A stretch of DNA of 64,000 nt from Ptychomitrium polyphyllum (lineage: Eukaryota). Made by a program: the position numbers and the translations under genes. Location of the stretch: NCBI GenBank assembly GCA_973851085.1, contig OZ316776.1, positions 13,826,001 through 13,890,000 of the forward strand, given 5' to 3'. Below, piece after piece: positions 13,450 through 26,000 of this stretch. The notes under the pieces are model-generated. The model was not told the DNA's origin, did no database searches, and was given only the letters and a program-made list of their open reading frames with translations. Every line of letters starts with the position of its first letter. Positions within the stretch are counted from its first letter, which is position 1.

Positions 13450-16400
13450 GTGACGATATTTTAACTCACACATGGAGAGCCAAAGATCAATATGCCACAC
13501 AAATTTGATGGATCAAAATCAAGGTTGGAAAGCTTTATTCAACAAGTAAAGCTCTTCCTTAGCTTGTATCAATCTTGTTATTTTGATGGCACTACTCAAG
13601 TGGAATTTGTAGCCACTCTTCTATCAAATAATGTACTATTGTAATTTGAATCATTAATAGAAAAGCAGTCATCATTATTGAACAACTTAGATGCTTTCAT
13701 GGAAGCATTAACATCTACTTTTGGAGACACCGACCGAAACAGGGTGGTTGAAACAAAGATTTAGAATCTACAATAAGAACAGCTCTCATCTGTTATATAT
13801 ACTACAGAGTTTTGACAACTAGCTTGCGACCTTGATTGGAATGATAAGGCCTTGGTCATTCAATTTTGATGGGGCTTGTGAGAGAATGTGAAGGATTGGT
13901 TACTCACAATGCTAAAAGTTGAAACGTTGGACAAATTCATCACTCAAATAATAGCATGTGACAATAAACTATTTGAAAGGCGTCAATAACAATATTTGGA
14001 ATGGCGACCAATACATCAAGGTATGGCAACCACTTCTTCAAAAGTATTAGAAAGCCGACTAGAAGGACCAAAACCTATTCAAATTGATGTTGTCTAATTT
14101 AGACATTTAACTCCAAAAGAAAAAGAAAGGCATTGAAGAAGAAACCTATGTTTGTATTGTGGCAAGTCTAGACATAAAGTGTACGATTGCCAAATCAAGG
14201 GAATTGCCTTTAAGGCTCAAAGTACAATGATGGAGTTGAAAAACAAAGTTGTCTAGTCACAGTAGGAACTAAATGACTAAATACCACAAGGAAACGACCA
14301 TCAAATCAAGGTCTTTTACTCCTCCAATTCCTACTTCTTGCTTTACATTTCCTATCAAAATTAAATTGTTAAATAATGAAATAATTAGCGAATCTATTTT
14401 GAACACTGATGCAACGGCATGCTTTGTGGATAAGGATTTTGCAACCAAACACCACATGGTGCTTTTAAATAAAAAAACATCTTGCACCTATTGAAGTTAT
14501 TGATGGACAATCTCTTGCATCTGGCAATGTTATTGAAGAAACTCAACCCTTAGAGGTTGTTTAAAGAAACCAAACATCTAAGATTGTCTTCAACATCATT
14601 CAATGCCAAAAAAATCCTATTGTTTTAGGCCTTCCTTAGTTTGAATTATGTAATCCACACATTGATTAGCGCTCACAAAATGTGGTTTCAAGGAAAAGAC
14701 GTCAAGGTACAAGAAATCTTAAACCATCATTTATTGGAACTAAGGTATACACAAGAGCTCCAAAGGATAAATCAATCTATGCCATTTATGCCATGCCAAT
14801 GTCTGATTCTATATCAGAGTTTAATCAAAGAATACCTCATCAGTATCAAGATTATAAAGACTTTTTGAGAAAAAAAAATGCAAATAATTTACTAAAGCAC
14901 CGGCCTTATAATTGTACCATTGAATAAAAATAAGGAGCCCAACCACCTTTTGAACCTATCTATAACCTATCACAAACCAAATTGACTGCCTTGAGAGAAT
15001 ATATTAATGAAAACCTCAAAAAAAGCTTCATTCAACACTCTAAATCACTTGTTGGAACATCCATCCTATTTGTAAAGAAAAAAGATGAATCATTGCAAAT
15101 GTGTGTGGACAATCCAGGCCTCAATAGAGTGACCAAGAAGAATCGCTATCCATTACCATTAATCCTAAGACTCCTATAGCAACTTGGCTAAGCAAAAATA
15201 TTTACCAAGATTGTTTTTAGGGGAGCTTACAATCTTGTATGCATCAAAGGAGGAAACAAATGGAAGACAATCTTTTGATCTAGGTAAGGCCATTTTGAAA
15301 ACAATGTCATGCCTTTTGGCCTTACTAATGTCCTTGCAGTCTTCCAACAGGTAATGAATGATATCTTCCATGAACACTTGGACGATTTTGTAATCATCTG
15401 TTTAGATGACGTTTTCATATATTCAAAGGATGAAGAAGACCACAAATGTTATGTGCAATTAGTCTTAGAAAATCTATGCTAGCGAGGATTATACGCCACT
15501 TAGAGAAGTGCCTTTTCTATGAATCTTTGATTGAATTATTAGGCTACATCATTTTAAAAAGAAGAATCCATATGGATGAGAAGAAAATAAGCACTATCAT
15601 GGAGTGGAATACGTCAAGATCAATTCGAGATGTTCAATGCTTCTTGGAATTTGCAAACTTCTAGAAGATACTTATCTAGGATTGTTCTAAGAATGCGGCA
15701 CCATTGACACAACTTACGTGGAAGCAAAAATTCACTTGGAATGAAGAACCAAAAGTAGCAATTCAAGGCCTTAAGAAGTCATTCACATCGGCTCCAATCT
15801 TTTTTCATCCAAATCCGTCAAAGCCTTTCCATTTGGAAGCGGATGCTTCAAATTTTGTGATTGGCTGCATACTCTCATGATATGATAAACACGGAAGGCT
15901 CTACTCTATTATTTTTTGATCTTGGAAGTTGTCAACCGCAAAGATATATTATGATGTACATAACAAGGAGTTACTTGCAATTGTAGATGCACTTGTTGGA
16001 AGGAGCTCAATATACCATTATGATATATACAGACCACAATAAACTTACAATACTTCATGTGTGCGCGCACTCTAAATTGCCGTCATAGAAGGTGTAGTAT
16101 GTCGCCTTCCAAATTTGACTTTGTCATTATCTATGGATTTGGTAGCGTACAAGGCAAGCCAGATGCCTTGGCTTGCAGATTATATTTAGCTCCTCAACTT
16201 GGAATTGAAGTTTTGGACCAACAGTGTACTATTTTATTGAAGCCGCAAAAACCTTCAATTGGAAGTAGCAATTATGACCACAATATTTCATCTTGACAAA
16301 ATTTGGAGGGCTTTGAAGAATAATGTCTTTGTTTCAAATATGAAGGGGCGCCTCGAAGACAACAAAGATCCTTCAAATAGCAATGAGGACTTTGAATTCC

Positions 16401-18372
16401 AAGAGGGCCTACTTTATTATAAAGGACTTTTGTACCTAGTTGTAGAACCTATGCAATTGAGGATCTTTCAAACATGTCATCATTTTCTAACATCAAGGCA
16501 TTTTGGATTCAATAAAACAATGGAATCGATTGCTAGAGACTATTGGTGGCCACAAGTGAGGAAATACGTAAAGGACTTTGTTTGATTATGTGACACTTGC
16601 ACAAGGGCCAAGGTACCAAGACACCAACCTCATGGTCTTTTCCATCCGCTTCTAGTGCCAAAGGATCTATGGTTATCATTGTCAATGGATTTTATCATGG
16701 ACCTTCCAAGTTCCAATTCTAAGAACTCTATCGTAATACTAATGGACCGGTTTACCAAGATGGCGCATTTCATTTCATACAACAAGGCGGTACTAGAAGA
16801 AGAAATTGCCAAGTTGTTCCTAAATCACGTCTACCGCATATATGAACTACTAAATGATATTGTATCCGATGGAGGGCCGCAATTTATTTCCAACTTTTAG
16901 AGGGCTCTATTCCAGCTATTGCGTGTGAAGATCAACATTTTTTCAATACACCATCCGCAAACTAATGGTCAAACCAAACGTTTGAATTAAATTTTGAAGT
17001 AGTACTTTTGTTGCAACATAAACTACCAGGTAAACAACTAGATGGACCTCTTACCTTTGGCAAAGTTTGCCTACAACAACATAATGCATTCTTCAACAAC
17101 TCAAAGTCCATCATTTGCAAATTATGGCCATCATTCTCAAGCAAATTCATTTCAAGTCAAGCATATTGGAAGTCTTGTAGCAGAGGATTTTACAACTCAA
17201 CTTGCTAAAATCCATGAAGAATTTACTTTCCAGTTACAAGAAGCCAAAGATTGTAACCAATTTTATGCAAATTGCCGACGGAATGACCATCCAAAGTTCA
17301 AGATTGGAGATAGGATATGGCTACTACAACAAAACATATAAACAAATAGACCGTCAAAGAAGTTGGACTATCAAAGGCTGGGACCTTTTGAAATCAGTTA
17401 ATAAATAAATTTGGATAGTTATCTCCTAAAGCTACCACAAACCATGCAAATTCATCTAGTGTACTATGTATTGTTGTTGGAAACTTGTAACAAGTTATGT
17501 TCATTAGAGAATGTTGTCTTGCCGCCTCTTCCGGTGGAAATCAATAATGAAATTGAATATGAAGTAGAAGAGATCTTAGATTCACTCATCAAGAACGAAC
17601 GTGTGGAGCACTTAATACATTGGCAAGGATATGGCATCAGTGATCAAATATTGGAACCTTCAACGAATGTAACAAATGCATACAACAAGGTACGCAAATT
17701 TCATCAAAGATATCCTCAAAAACCAGATCAGTGATGATGTGTTATCTGTAGCCATTAGCTTCATAGACAAGTATAAGAAGGAAGGAGAGATATTCAGGCA
17801 TCCAATTGTATGTAGCATTATTTCTAAGATAGATCATTTTTAGATCCTAACTAGGATGTCAAATCTTTGTATTATCATGGATATGCGTGAAGGACAGTGG
17901 GCCATGCCTTCTTCAACAACAGCATTTGTGGAGCCAATACAATTTTTCTCAGCCCTCGGTAACGGAGGATCTAAGCCAAGATATGAGAAGGACATTCCAA
18001 TGTTTTGGTACGACCTCGTGCAGAAGTATTGGCTACTCGCTTTTCACATTCCAATCTTGATTCCAATGCTTGCGTTCTAGTATTCTTGTTAGGAATTGGA
18101 AGAATCACTCCTAAAGGACCCGAGATCTTTGCTGGAATATGTTTTGAAGGACTTAATCAAGATCTGATCTTGAGATGGGACATTTCAACAACAAAAGTTA
18201 TGGTTGGCGGTCATCAACGCTTCTTGCAAGGATTAGTTGAACCAATGAATAAAAAACAACAAGTAGAATATGTTGCTTTACTTCTTCAATAAATTTTGAA
18301 ATTTATTGAAAAGTTACGAGCAGGCCCAAAAAAGGAGCTCCTTATGAGACTTGTAGCTAAATGAGGAGGTGA
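13450..18372 (+). mobile_element. Decayed chromovirus (Ty3/gypsy) internal region: gag, protease, RT, RNase H, integrase, chromodomain, PPT
   Basis: Gag PKINMPHKFDGSK and zinc knuckle CLYCGKSRHKVYDC (~14150); protease [30 protein letters not shown]...KNRYPLP and VIICLDDVFIYS; RNase H FHLEADASNF; integrase SMDFIMDLP; chromodomain EYEVEEILDS...LIHWQGYG (ORF 17411-17734); PPT ATGAGGAGGTGA at 18361-18372. Many stops. Confidence 0.92.
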
Positions 18373-19063
18373 TGTTACGGACATATTTCATGCAACATAG
18401 TCCTTAAAGCATTGAAGAATCTTGTGGTATATTATAGTAGTTTCTTAGAATAATTTTTAATGTCTTTATAGCCTTTCAAGGTTCTTAGAAAGCTTCCTAA
18501 GAAAGTTCCTGCTCCTTAGCAAACTTCCTAGAAAGGCTCCATCATCTTAGGTAATTTCTTAAGAAACTTCTTAAGAAAATTCTTATAAGGATTTCCATCA
18601 TTTTAGGAAACTTCTTATAAGGATTTCCATCATTTTAGGAAAATTCTTATAAGGATTTCCATCATTTTAGGAAACTTCTTATAAGGATTTCCATCATTTT
18701 AGGAAACTTCCAAGGAAGGTTTCAACATCTTTGAAAACTCTTGTGGAAGGTTTTAACTTCTTAGAACCTTCTTATAAAGGTTCCAACATCTTAGAAAACT
18801 TCTTAGGAGGTTCTCTAGACTTCAAGAACATTCTTAAGCCTTATAGGGAGCTTCATTAGAAATATCCTAGGAGATACAAATGTCATAGTAGAAATAGGAA
18901 GCAAGACAAGGTATTCTTTAGTCTTGCCAACACAAGTTGTGGATCATCTTAAATCCGGCCATATTCTAGTCTTTGTATCAAGTTCTTGTTAATCATTAGC
19001 TTTTTAGAAGCTAATTCATGGAAAACACTTTGTTTTTGTTTCTTGTTTCTTGTGTCTTTAATA
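18373..19063 (+). mobile_element. 3' LTR of the chromovirus
   Basis: Starts TGTTAC directly after the PPT and ends TAATA (eroded TAACA), where homology to 8488-8785 also ends. Confidence 0.75.
18579..18706. repeat. 4 x 32-bp tandem repeat inside the LTR
   Basis: Unit (A/C)TTCTTATAAGGATTTCCATCATTTTAGGAAA at 18579, 18611, 18643 and 18675, with degenerate copies on both sides. Confidence 0.95.
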
Positions 19064-20600
19064 GTGGATGCAGATTAAATATTATACCTTTACAAACTGT
19101 AGAAAGGCTCGGCCTAGAAATCACAATTCCAATAGCATTTGTAATTAGTATGGCCAATCAAAGAATTGAAGCACCATTAGGCCAGATTAAAGATTGTAAG
19201 GTGACCACTAGAAGAAAGATTTATATTCTCACCTTCCATGTCATCCGGATGCATTCTAATAAGGGACCTTTTCCACTACTATTGGATAGATTGTGATTGA
19301 GAATGGCCAATGCAAAGGTAGAATAGAGAGGTAATAAGCTTCACATTGTATATGGACTCTTGGATAATCTTATCAAGATCCAAATTCAGCCGAGTGTTTT
19401 TAATCCTAGTTTAGACAAGGCTTATTCTTTGGACGATGAAATCCGCACTCTTATAGCTAGAAGCTAGGTGCAAAAGAGGGTGCACTTTGAGGTTGCTGAT
19501 TTACATACCTTAATAACTTTGGTAGAAGATTAGAACCCCCCTTTGAAGTGCTTAGGCCCTAGCCTTGTACAATTGGCATGATGATGCCCAGTTTGCTATA
19601 TGGCTAGCGGAGCATCCAGATTACAATTCCAATTGATCATCTAATTATTTAGAGGCCGGCAGAGTTTGGACACACTCAGCTCCACTAATTAATGGAGGTT
19701 CAATATTCAACCAGTCCTAGCCTATGTTGAACCTTAGTATGCCACTTTTAGATGGTAACAGTATATATGAAGCCAATATAATCAAGACCGGGATGTCTTC
19801 TGAAGACCCATCATCAACCAAGCTAGAATCAAGGATATATTTTTCAAAAGCTAAAGACATAATGAAGGGTACTCAAGAACTAGTTAACAAAGGAACTTTT
19901 GACACCAAATTAGCACAACTAAATCTAATCAAAGATTTAATAAGTCTTCTAGCTGTTAATTCAGAATCAAAATTCATTTCCAAAGTTTGTCAACATGAGA
20001 ATTCTTTGAAGATGAACCAAAATGGTACTTTATTTCATCCAATGGTTAGAAGTCTGTTAAATACTTTCCGTAAGAAAAAGAGTAGTGCCTAGCTAAATAA
20101 TGTATTGCCTAGTAAAATCATTAACACAAAAATTCCAACTTTAAAAAGCTTTAAGATTCTTGCAACTGGAAATGATGGCAATAAACCATAGCAAGGCATA
20201 TTAAATCTAGGGATTAAACTAAAAGTTGGTAAAAAAATTAGGCAAGCACTTAGAAAATAAAAGCATGGCAGTGGACCAACCATTGTAGCGGACTTTGTAA
20301 ATGAAGATGGAATTGTGGCTTGGAATTTGATAAGAGATTTGGTAGGCAGCGAGCCTAGGATTCTATTTCATAAGGCTCAAGACTTCAAGCAAACCTTGAA
20401 GTCCATAGATCTTGCAAAACATGATGACGACAACGATTGTAATTGGAAGCATGCAACTGATGCAAGGAGTACCTTGTATAAGGGCTAAATTCCCCTCATC
20501 ACCTCAATTGAAAAAAACAACAACACATAGCTGGTCTAGGTCTAGCGAGTCTTACAATCAGTACACAAAGTCCACTAACCACAAAATTTGCTATGATCTA
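19064..20600 (+). mobile_element. Fragment of an older gypsy element (aspartic protease-like region and downstream decayed sequence)
   Basis: SGCRLNIIPLQTVERLGL...ISMANQRIEAPLGQIKD...PFPLLLDRL resembles a retropepsin and starts right at the LTR end. Right boundary approximate. Confidence 0.6.
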
Positions 20601-21274
20601 ATCCTAATTATTTTACTTTAATTGTACCTCATTTTCTTAACACAACTGCTTCCATCTTTTCTTAATCATTCATATTGGTAGAGATCCTCCAGAAGATTGA
20701 ATAGTTGATGAATAGAGTAATTGTGAGTGATGTGACTTTGGCTCGAATCGCAGTAAATAATGGATTAGTCCAATGAGCTAGTGGTTGAGCAAGAAAATGA
20801 CCAACTAATGCCAACTGAGGATATGTTGGCTCCTTTAATTTCCTACTAACTTCATTTTAAATAGAATTCTTATATCAACTAGTAGCTCTATAGTTCTACA
20901 ATTTTATTGTCTTTCTGTACTTTTTTCTTATACTTTATTTCTACTCTATTTCCTCCACGGGTAGCCGGCTTGTAATTTCAATTATTATAGAAATTCCAGG
21001 CATTCTAACAACCGTGTCACCAATAGTTGTTTCATAGTTCAAGACATTAGTTGGGTTCTCTGCCTCTTCAAATTGTCCAGGATGGTCGCCATATGTGCCC
21101 ATAAAATCAATTCAATTGGACAATTTTAATTAATTATTAACTATTAGAATAATTGCTAAGAAATAGACTTGTAATAGTACTAATTGAAATCATTGTAGTG
21201 ATCAACTAAGCTTAGGGGTGGTTAGGCTAGTTAACTCCATGAAAAATATCAAAAGATCATGGAAGTTGCTATAT

Positions 21275-22681
21275 ATGGCAAACAAGTGAATTAATCGTTA
21301 GACTTAATTAGTATTTTAGAATGATTAATTACTAGGAGTTACAATTGGATTAGCAAGTTCAACAAGGAGGTCCTAGAGGAATTTCCTCCAACTAAAAGAA
21401 CTAAAGAATACTTGCAATAATCAAGTGCAAACAAAGTACAAAAAGAAAAGAGAAAAGATATCGCAAGTAGTTAGAACCAAGTCAATAATAGGCTACAAAA
21501 ATTTAGTAACAAGTTAGTATTTAATTAGTAGAAACTTAGATGAGTTAGTTGAAGTCAATTGTAAGTAGGTTGGAACATATATTAAATTAGTATGACCATC
21601 CCAGCTAGTGCAAAGAGTTAGAAATGATTGAGGTTGGTTAGAAGCCCACCTTGTCATTGAGATAAGGCGGCTTAGTCTAAAATTAGGTGCTGGAGTTCAA
21701 AATTTAGTGCACAATGCTAAGACATAGAAAGGTGGGCAAAGGGAGAAGTAAGAGAAGAGAGTGAGGGTGGACGTAAGAAATGCCAAAATTTTGACGGAAG
21801 ATTGCAAACAAACAACAATATTTATGATAGTGGGTTTTTTTAGGTAGAGGTAGAAGAAATGAGAATTTTAACAAGCTAAGGATTGGCCAATTTTAATATG
21901 GGACAGCACGGTGGTGGAGTTTTTAGTGGAAGGAAGTTGGTTGCTGTCGCAGCTCAAGACACTCAACTTTAGAGGAGTGAATCATCATGCATACAATTCC
22001 AAAAAGAGCAAGAATTGTTAGAAAGGGTAGATCAAATTGTGAAGAGCTTATATACACCAAGATCACAAGATTTGCAGCTATAAGACGTAGGTGGCAGCCA
22101 ATTTGGTGCGACGAGGTCAATAGCTGGTGATATTATTGCGACTACTTAGGGTTTAATACTTGCTCTTAGGTTTTGGTTCTGTCCTCTTTGGCCTTTGAAG
22201 ATCACGTTTTGAAATTTTGAAAGAAGTTGAATTTAGTAGTTGCGGTTTATACACATCAAGATCATAAGATTTGAAGTTGTGAGGCGCACGTGACTTCCAA
22301 TTTTGTGTGAGGGGGTCTTGTTGCCTTAAGTTGAAAGTATTGTAAGGTTGATTAGAGCAATAGTGTGGTGGCTAATGGTTTTGACCACTAAATAAAGAGA
22401 AATATCTTCATAAATTAAGACCAATCAACTCATTAAAGCCTTTTAAAATATTAAATCGTTAGAATTGTAGTAAACAAGTAGTAATTTAGCACATAGCTAT
22501 TATAGTACATTCTTAGTCAAATATTCACTAATGTATGAGAAGACTTGAACATTTATGAATTTGATTATAATCTAATTAAATCTTATATTGGATTATAACG
22601 CAACTTTGATAACTATAGCTTAAATTGAATTTTGAAAACTAAATTGGCCTTTTGTATAATAAGGATTAATTTAGGCTCACA
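21275..22681 (-). repeat. Dispersed ~1.4-kb LTR-like repeat, copy 1
   Basis: Collinear with 58643-59991. Both copies end ...AATTTAGGCTCACA (TGTGAGCC on the minus strand), which is an LTR-like terminus. Confidence 0.85.
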
Positions 22682-22684
22682 GCT

Positions 22685-22932
22685 GCACTTTGCCTGGTCT
22701 TGCTAATGATAACTGCTAGCAAGAAAATAATACAGTCAATTGGCGCCTTCACCATGAGCTAAGAGAAGATGCAATTCTACCTCCAAGATACTTAAAACCA
22801 TGGTTTCATCACAATCCTTCTCACCTAACTTCTTTTTTCATCCTAGTATTCTCTTTCAAAATACAATAATTCAAAATTCACAAAATAATACATATAAGCT
22901 AAGTTTTAAGCCATATAATTATTTATAATACA
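22685..22932. repeat. Fragment of the LTR family seen at 1386-2792
   Basis: Collinear with ~2551-2795 (ggcgccttcacc, ttctacctccaaga, cacaaaataatacatat, gctaagttttaagccatataat). Confidence 0.85.
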
Positions 22933-22939
22933 AAAATGT

Positions 22940-24007
22940 ATACATGTTTAACCCCCATTTTCACTCTCCAAGTCCCAGACTTGGTTTCTAGTTTTTCCTA
23001 CTTATTTCTATTAGGACACCTAAATGGTTGATGGCCAATAGTTAGGTGTGAACTTCCATTCATATTCAAAGCCTTACTTGATGTTACTTCCATTTCACAC
23101 GGCCTAACCACACTTAGTAGTGTCTATCCACCACCACTCATGATCTCCATGTCATCCCAAGATCACCCTAGGCCATTATGATGCCGGCGTGAAGATTTTA
23201 CTCCAATATAATGATAACTAGCACATCCTCTAAAACTCACTAATTTCTTTTGTGAAACCGACCATTCCACGGTTCACAATGGTATAGGAGCCCCTGTGGT
23301 GAAGATCCAATACTAACTCCATCTATCTGAACTCATCTTTGGTTCCTACTGAGACATTATGAAAATAGGGAGGGAGACCAGTCCTCCCCTACAGTACTCT
23401 TTGTAGAATTTGGCAAGTCTCTTGGCCCTCTATAGTTGGCTGAACCCCAACACACCCAAAACTTTGGAAGACCACCCGATTCCCTCTGGGATTTAGCCCT
23501 TGGAAGCTTGCGAAACTTCTTGTGGACCTTTAGGGAGCTATATCTTCCACGTCCAGTCTTTGAATGTATCAAGCAACCGCTCTATTGTCATTTATTCTTT
23601 GCATAGATGCCAATGGACTCCTCAAACGTCCAATTTGAGTTAGCATTTTGAGAGATATGCTTCTCTCATGGTTTGTGACTCCCAACGAGTCCTTTCCTAC
23701 ACTAATCTTGTTTAGCACTGCCACAGTCTAAAACAGCCCTTGGGCAGCTCCAACTTTGGAATACCATATTTTTTAGCTTCCTTGTCTGATTTGAGCGACC
23801 CTTAGCATTTTAGAATCAACTCGTCGGAAGGCATCTAATGACTATAATTTCTCTTTTGTAGCTCTTAGTTTTAATGGGCAAGGATGTTTTTCTCTCTCGA
23901 ATTTTTTTTTGTGCTAGGCCCACTCAAGTGCAAGTCCCGGACGTCACTCCGAGGTTCCTCTTGTGCCCTTATTATTGCGGGCATTCCTCAAGGAGAGATG
24001 CGCAACA
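22940..24007 (-). mobile_element. Third, end-truncated copy (C) of the A/B solo-LTR family, in B orientation
   Basis: Collinear with ~10000-11080 and ends with the same GGAGAGATGCGCAACA. Lacks the first ~60 bp of B. Confidence 0.85.
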
Positions 24008-25439
24008 ACTACCTTGCTGTTTTGAGTTTTAATAAGCTTGGCTGGAATATTATTTTACTTTATAGTAAACTAAGCCTGCTAGTAGAACCCTATAGCAAGG
24101 TCATTAGGTACTAATAGAAATCAAACATGAATATTCAACATATAGGTCACCTTCTTTTGAAATAAAATATCTTCAATACCAAATTCAGTATAATGGGATA
24201 AAATAACAATTTTGCAATTATTTAGCACTTTTTAGTGTTTAGGCTAGCACAAATATTAAATGGAGTTGATTTGAAGATTCTTAGTGAAATTGTTGTTGCT
24301 TTATTAAACAAAAAAAAGAGTAATAAGTGATAACTTGAAAACGACTTCCCAAAATTATTCAACAGCTATGAAAATAACATCCATAAATGTCATTGTTGCA
24401 TACTATATAGTTCTTGAAGACCTTTTCAGACACAATGGTGGTACCTTTATTGTATAATCAAATTAGAACAAAAATTATTTGAGTATATATTCCACAATAG
24501 CTCTAAAGATCATCATTTTTACAAGTATTCTACCATTTCATAATTTTTGCCCTACGGCAATTTCCAGGATGGCCATTCATTTTTTCTTTTCCTTGCTTAG
24601 AAATATTTAGATTGATAGCAATTTTTTATTGTTGTTGTTGTTGGAAGAATTGACTTCCATACCAAGACAATGAAATACATGGTTGCAGTGTATATATTTT
24701 CATTGAAAGTGGAGTTGATCATCGTGACCTTATAAAAGTGAACGGTTGCAAGTCATCATAGTCATTCCGCAAACACTATACATAAAGTAGTGGACATTTA
24801 CTAGGAATCAATATAATCCATTAAAGATTTAGAGAGTACTAGAAGTGTAAAGAGAACCAATTTCTAACTAATTTGCATGGAGTTGGAAGGAAAGGCTTCT
24901 TCAGTGGCATTACATTCCTCAAGAGTGTCAAGATTATTACAAGCTCCATTGCCCTCTTCTATATTGGCGCCCATTTCTACATTAGTGCCATGTTTTGTTT
25001 CTAGATATAATTATCCATGTGTATGACCAAATTTTGAACTAGCACTACTAAATATGATTGATGTGTAAAATACAAGCCCTGTGAGTTTTTTTGCTTTCAA
25101 AGACAAAAGAAAACAAAGCAAAGCATATGAATAAAGTACAAAATCATTGCAAGCTTCAATTAAAAATGGAGGTAAAGAAGTTTTGATTATAAAAAAATTG
25201 AACCGAAAAATATATTATAAATAAATATTTATAATCCATATTTACAAGAGGCATTATGGCATTTAATTTTAAAATCCTAAATTGAATATTTATATCCTAT
25301 CTTCTCAAACTAACAAACTGCTAGCATTGTATTCTGAATCATGGGATTTGTTGGATCTTCAAAAATCATTGAGCAGACCAAATCATTCAACATATGATAG
25401 AACTTTAGATCTGATTCTTGGCTCTTGTGCAATTTGTAC

Positions 25440-26000
25440 AACCATGGACAAAATTTGCCCATAAGAGTCAAGGTGACCATTTCTTTTATACAACCACGAC
25501 TTCTGAAATACCACATTCACCTTGAAATTAAGAATATGCTTCTCAAGAATATTATCTATGACAATTGTATTTTATAGAGTATATTTGCCTAAGAACTAAG
25601 GATACAATCTCTTCAATAAGGACTTCAGGAAAATAACTCTAGAAGTCTTTTAAAACCTCTTTGCTCAAATGAAGTTGTTTTTGTCATGCAAATGGGGTTT
25701 ATTGCAAGTCCCTTATTTAAGGATGTTCAAGGGAGGCTGTGCGTTCCTAAAAGGTTATTTACATATCTCTTGCATGGTATCTAGTCTCATTGAACTCCAA
25801 ACAATGATATCCAAAAAATTACTAATGTTGCTCAAGAACTTAGAACAATTAGGTTGAACACAAACAGCCTTGGAATCAATATTAGATGGAAAAATAGCCA
25901 AATGACGACCAAGACTAGCAACAAACCTTTGCCTCCTAGACATGAATCTTTTTTCTTTACATACACATAGGACGCCGTTTAAGTAAAGCATAACGTTCAG
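25440..26000 (-). pseudogene. Decayed FCP1/NIF-family HAD phosphatase-like domain
   Basis: Motifs in family order: MLYLNGVL (cf. LDLNGxL), VQPNCSKFL...DIIVWSSM (cf. RPxxxxFL...VxVWSS), FLKD, NTIVIDNILEKHILN (cf. NTLLxDDSPxK). Stops and a frame change are present. Confidence 0.6.
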
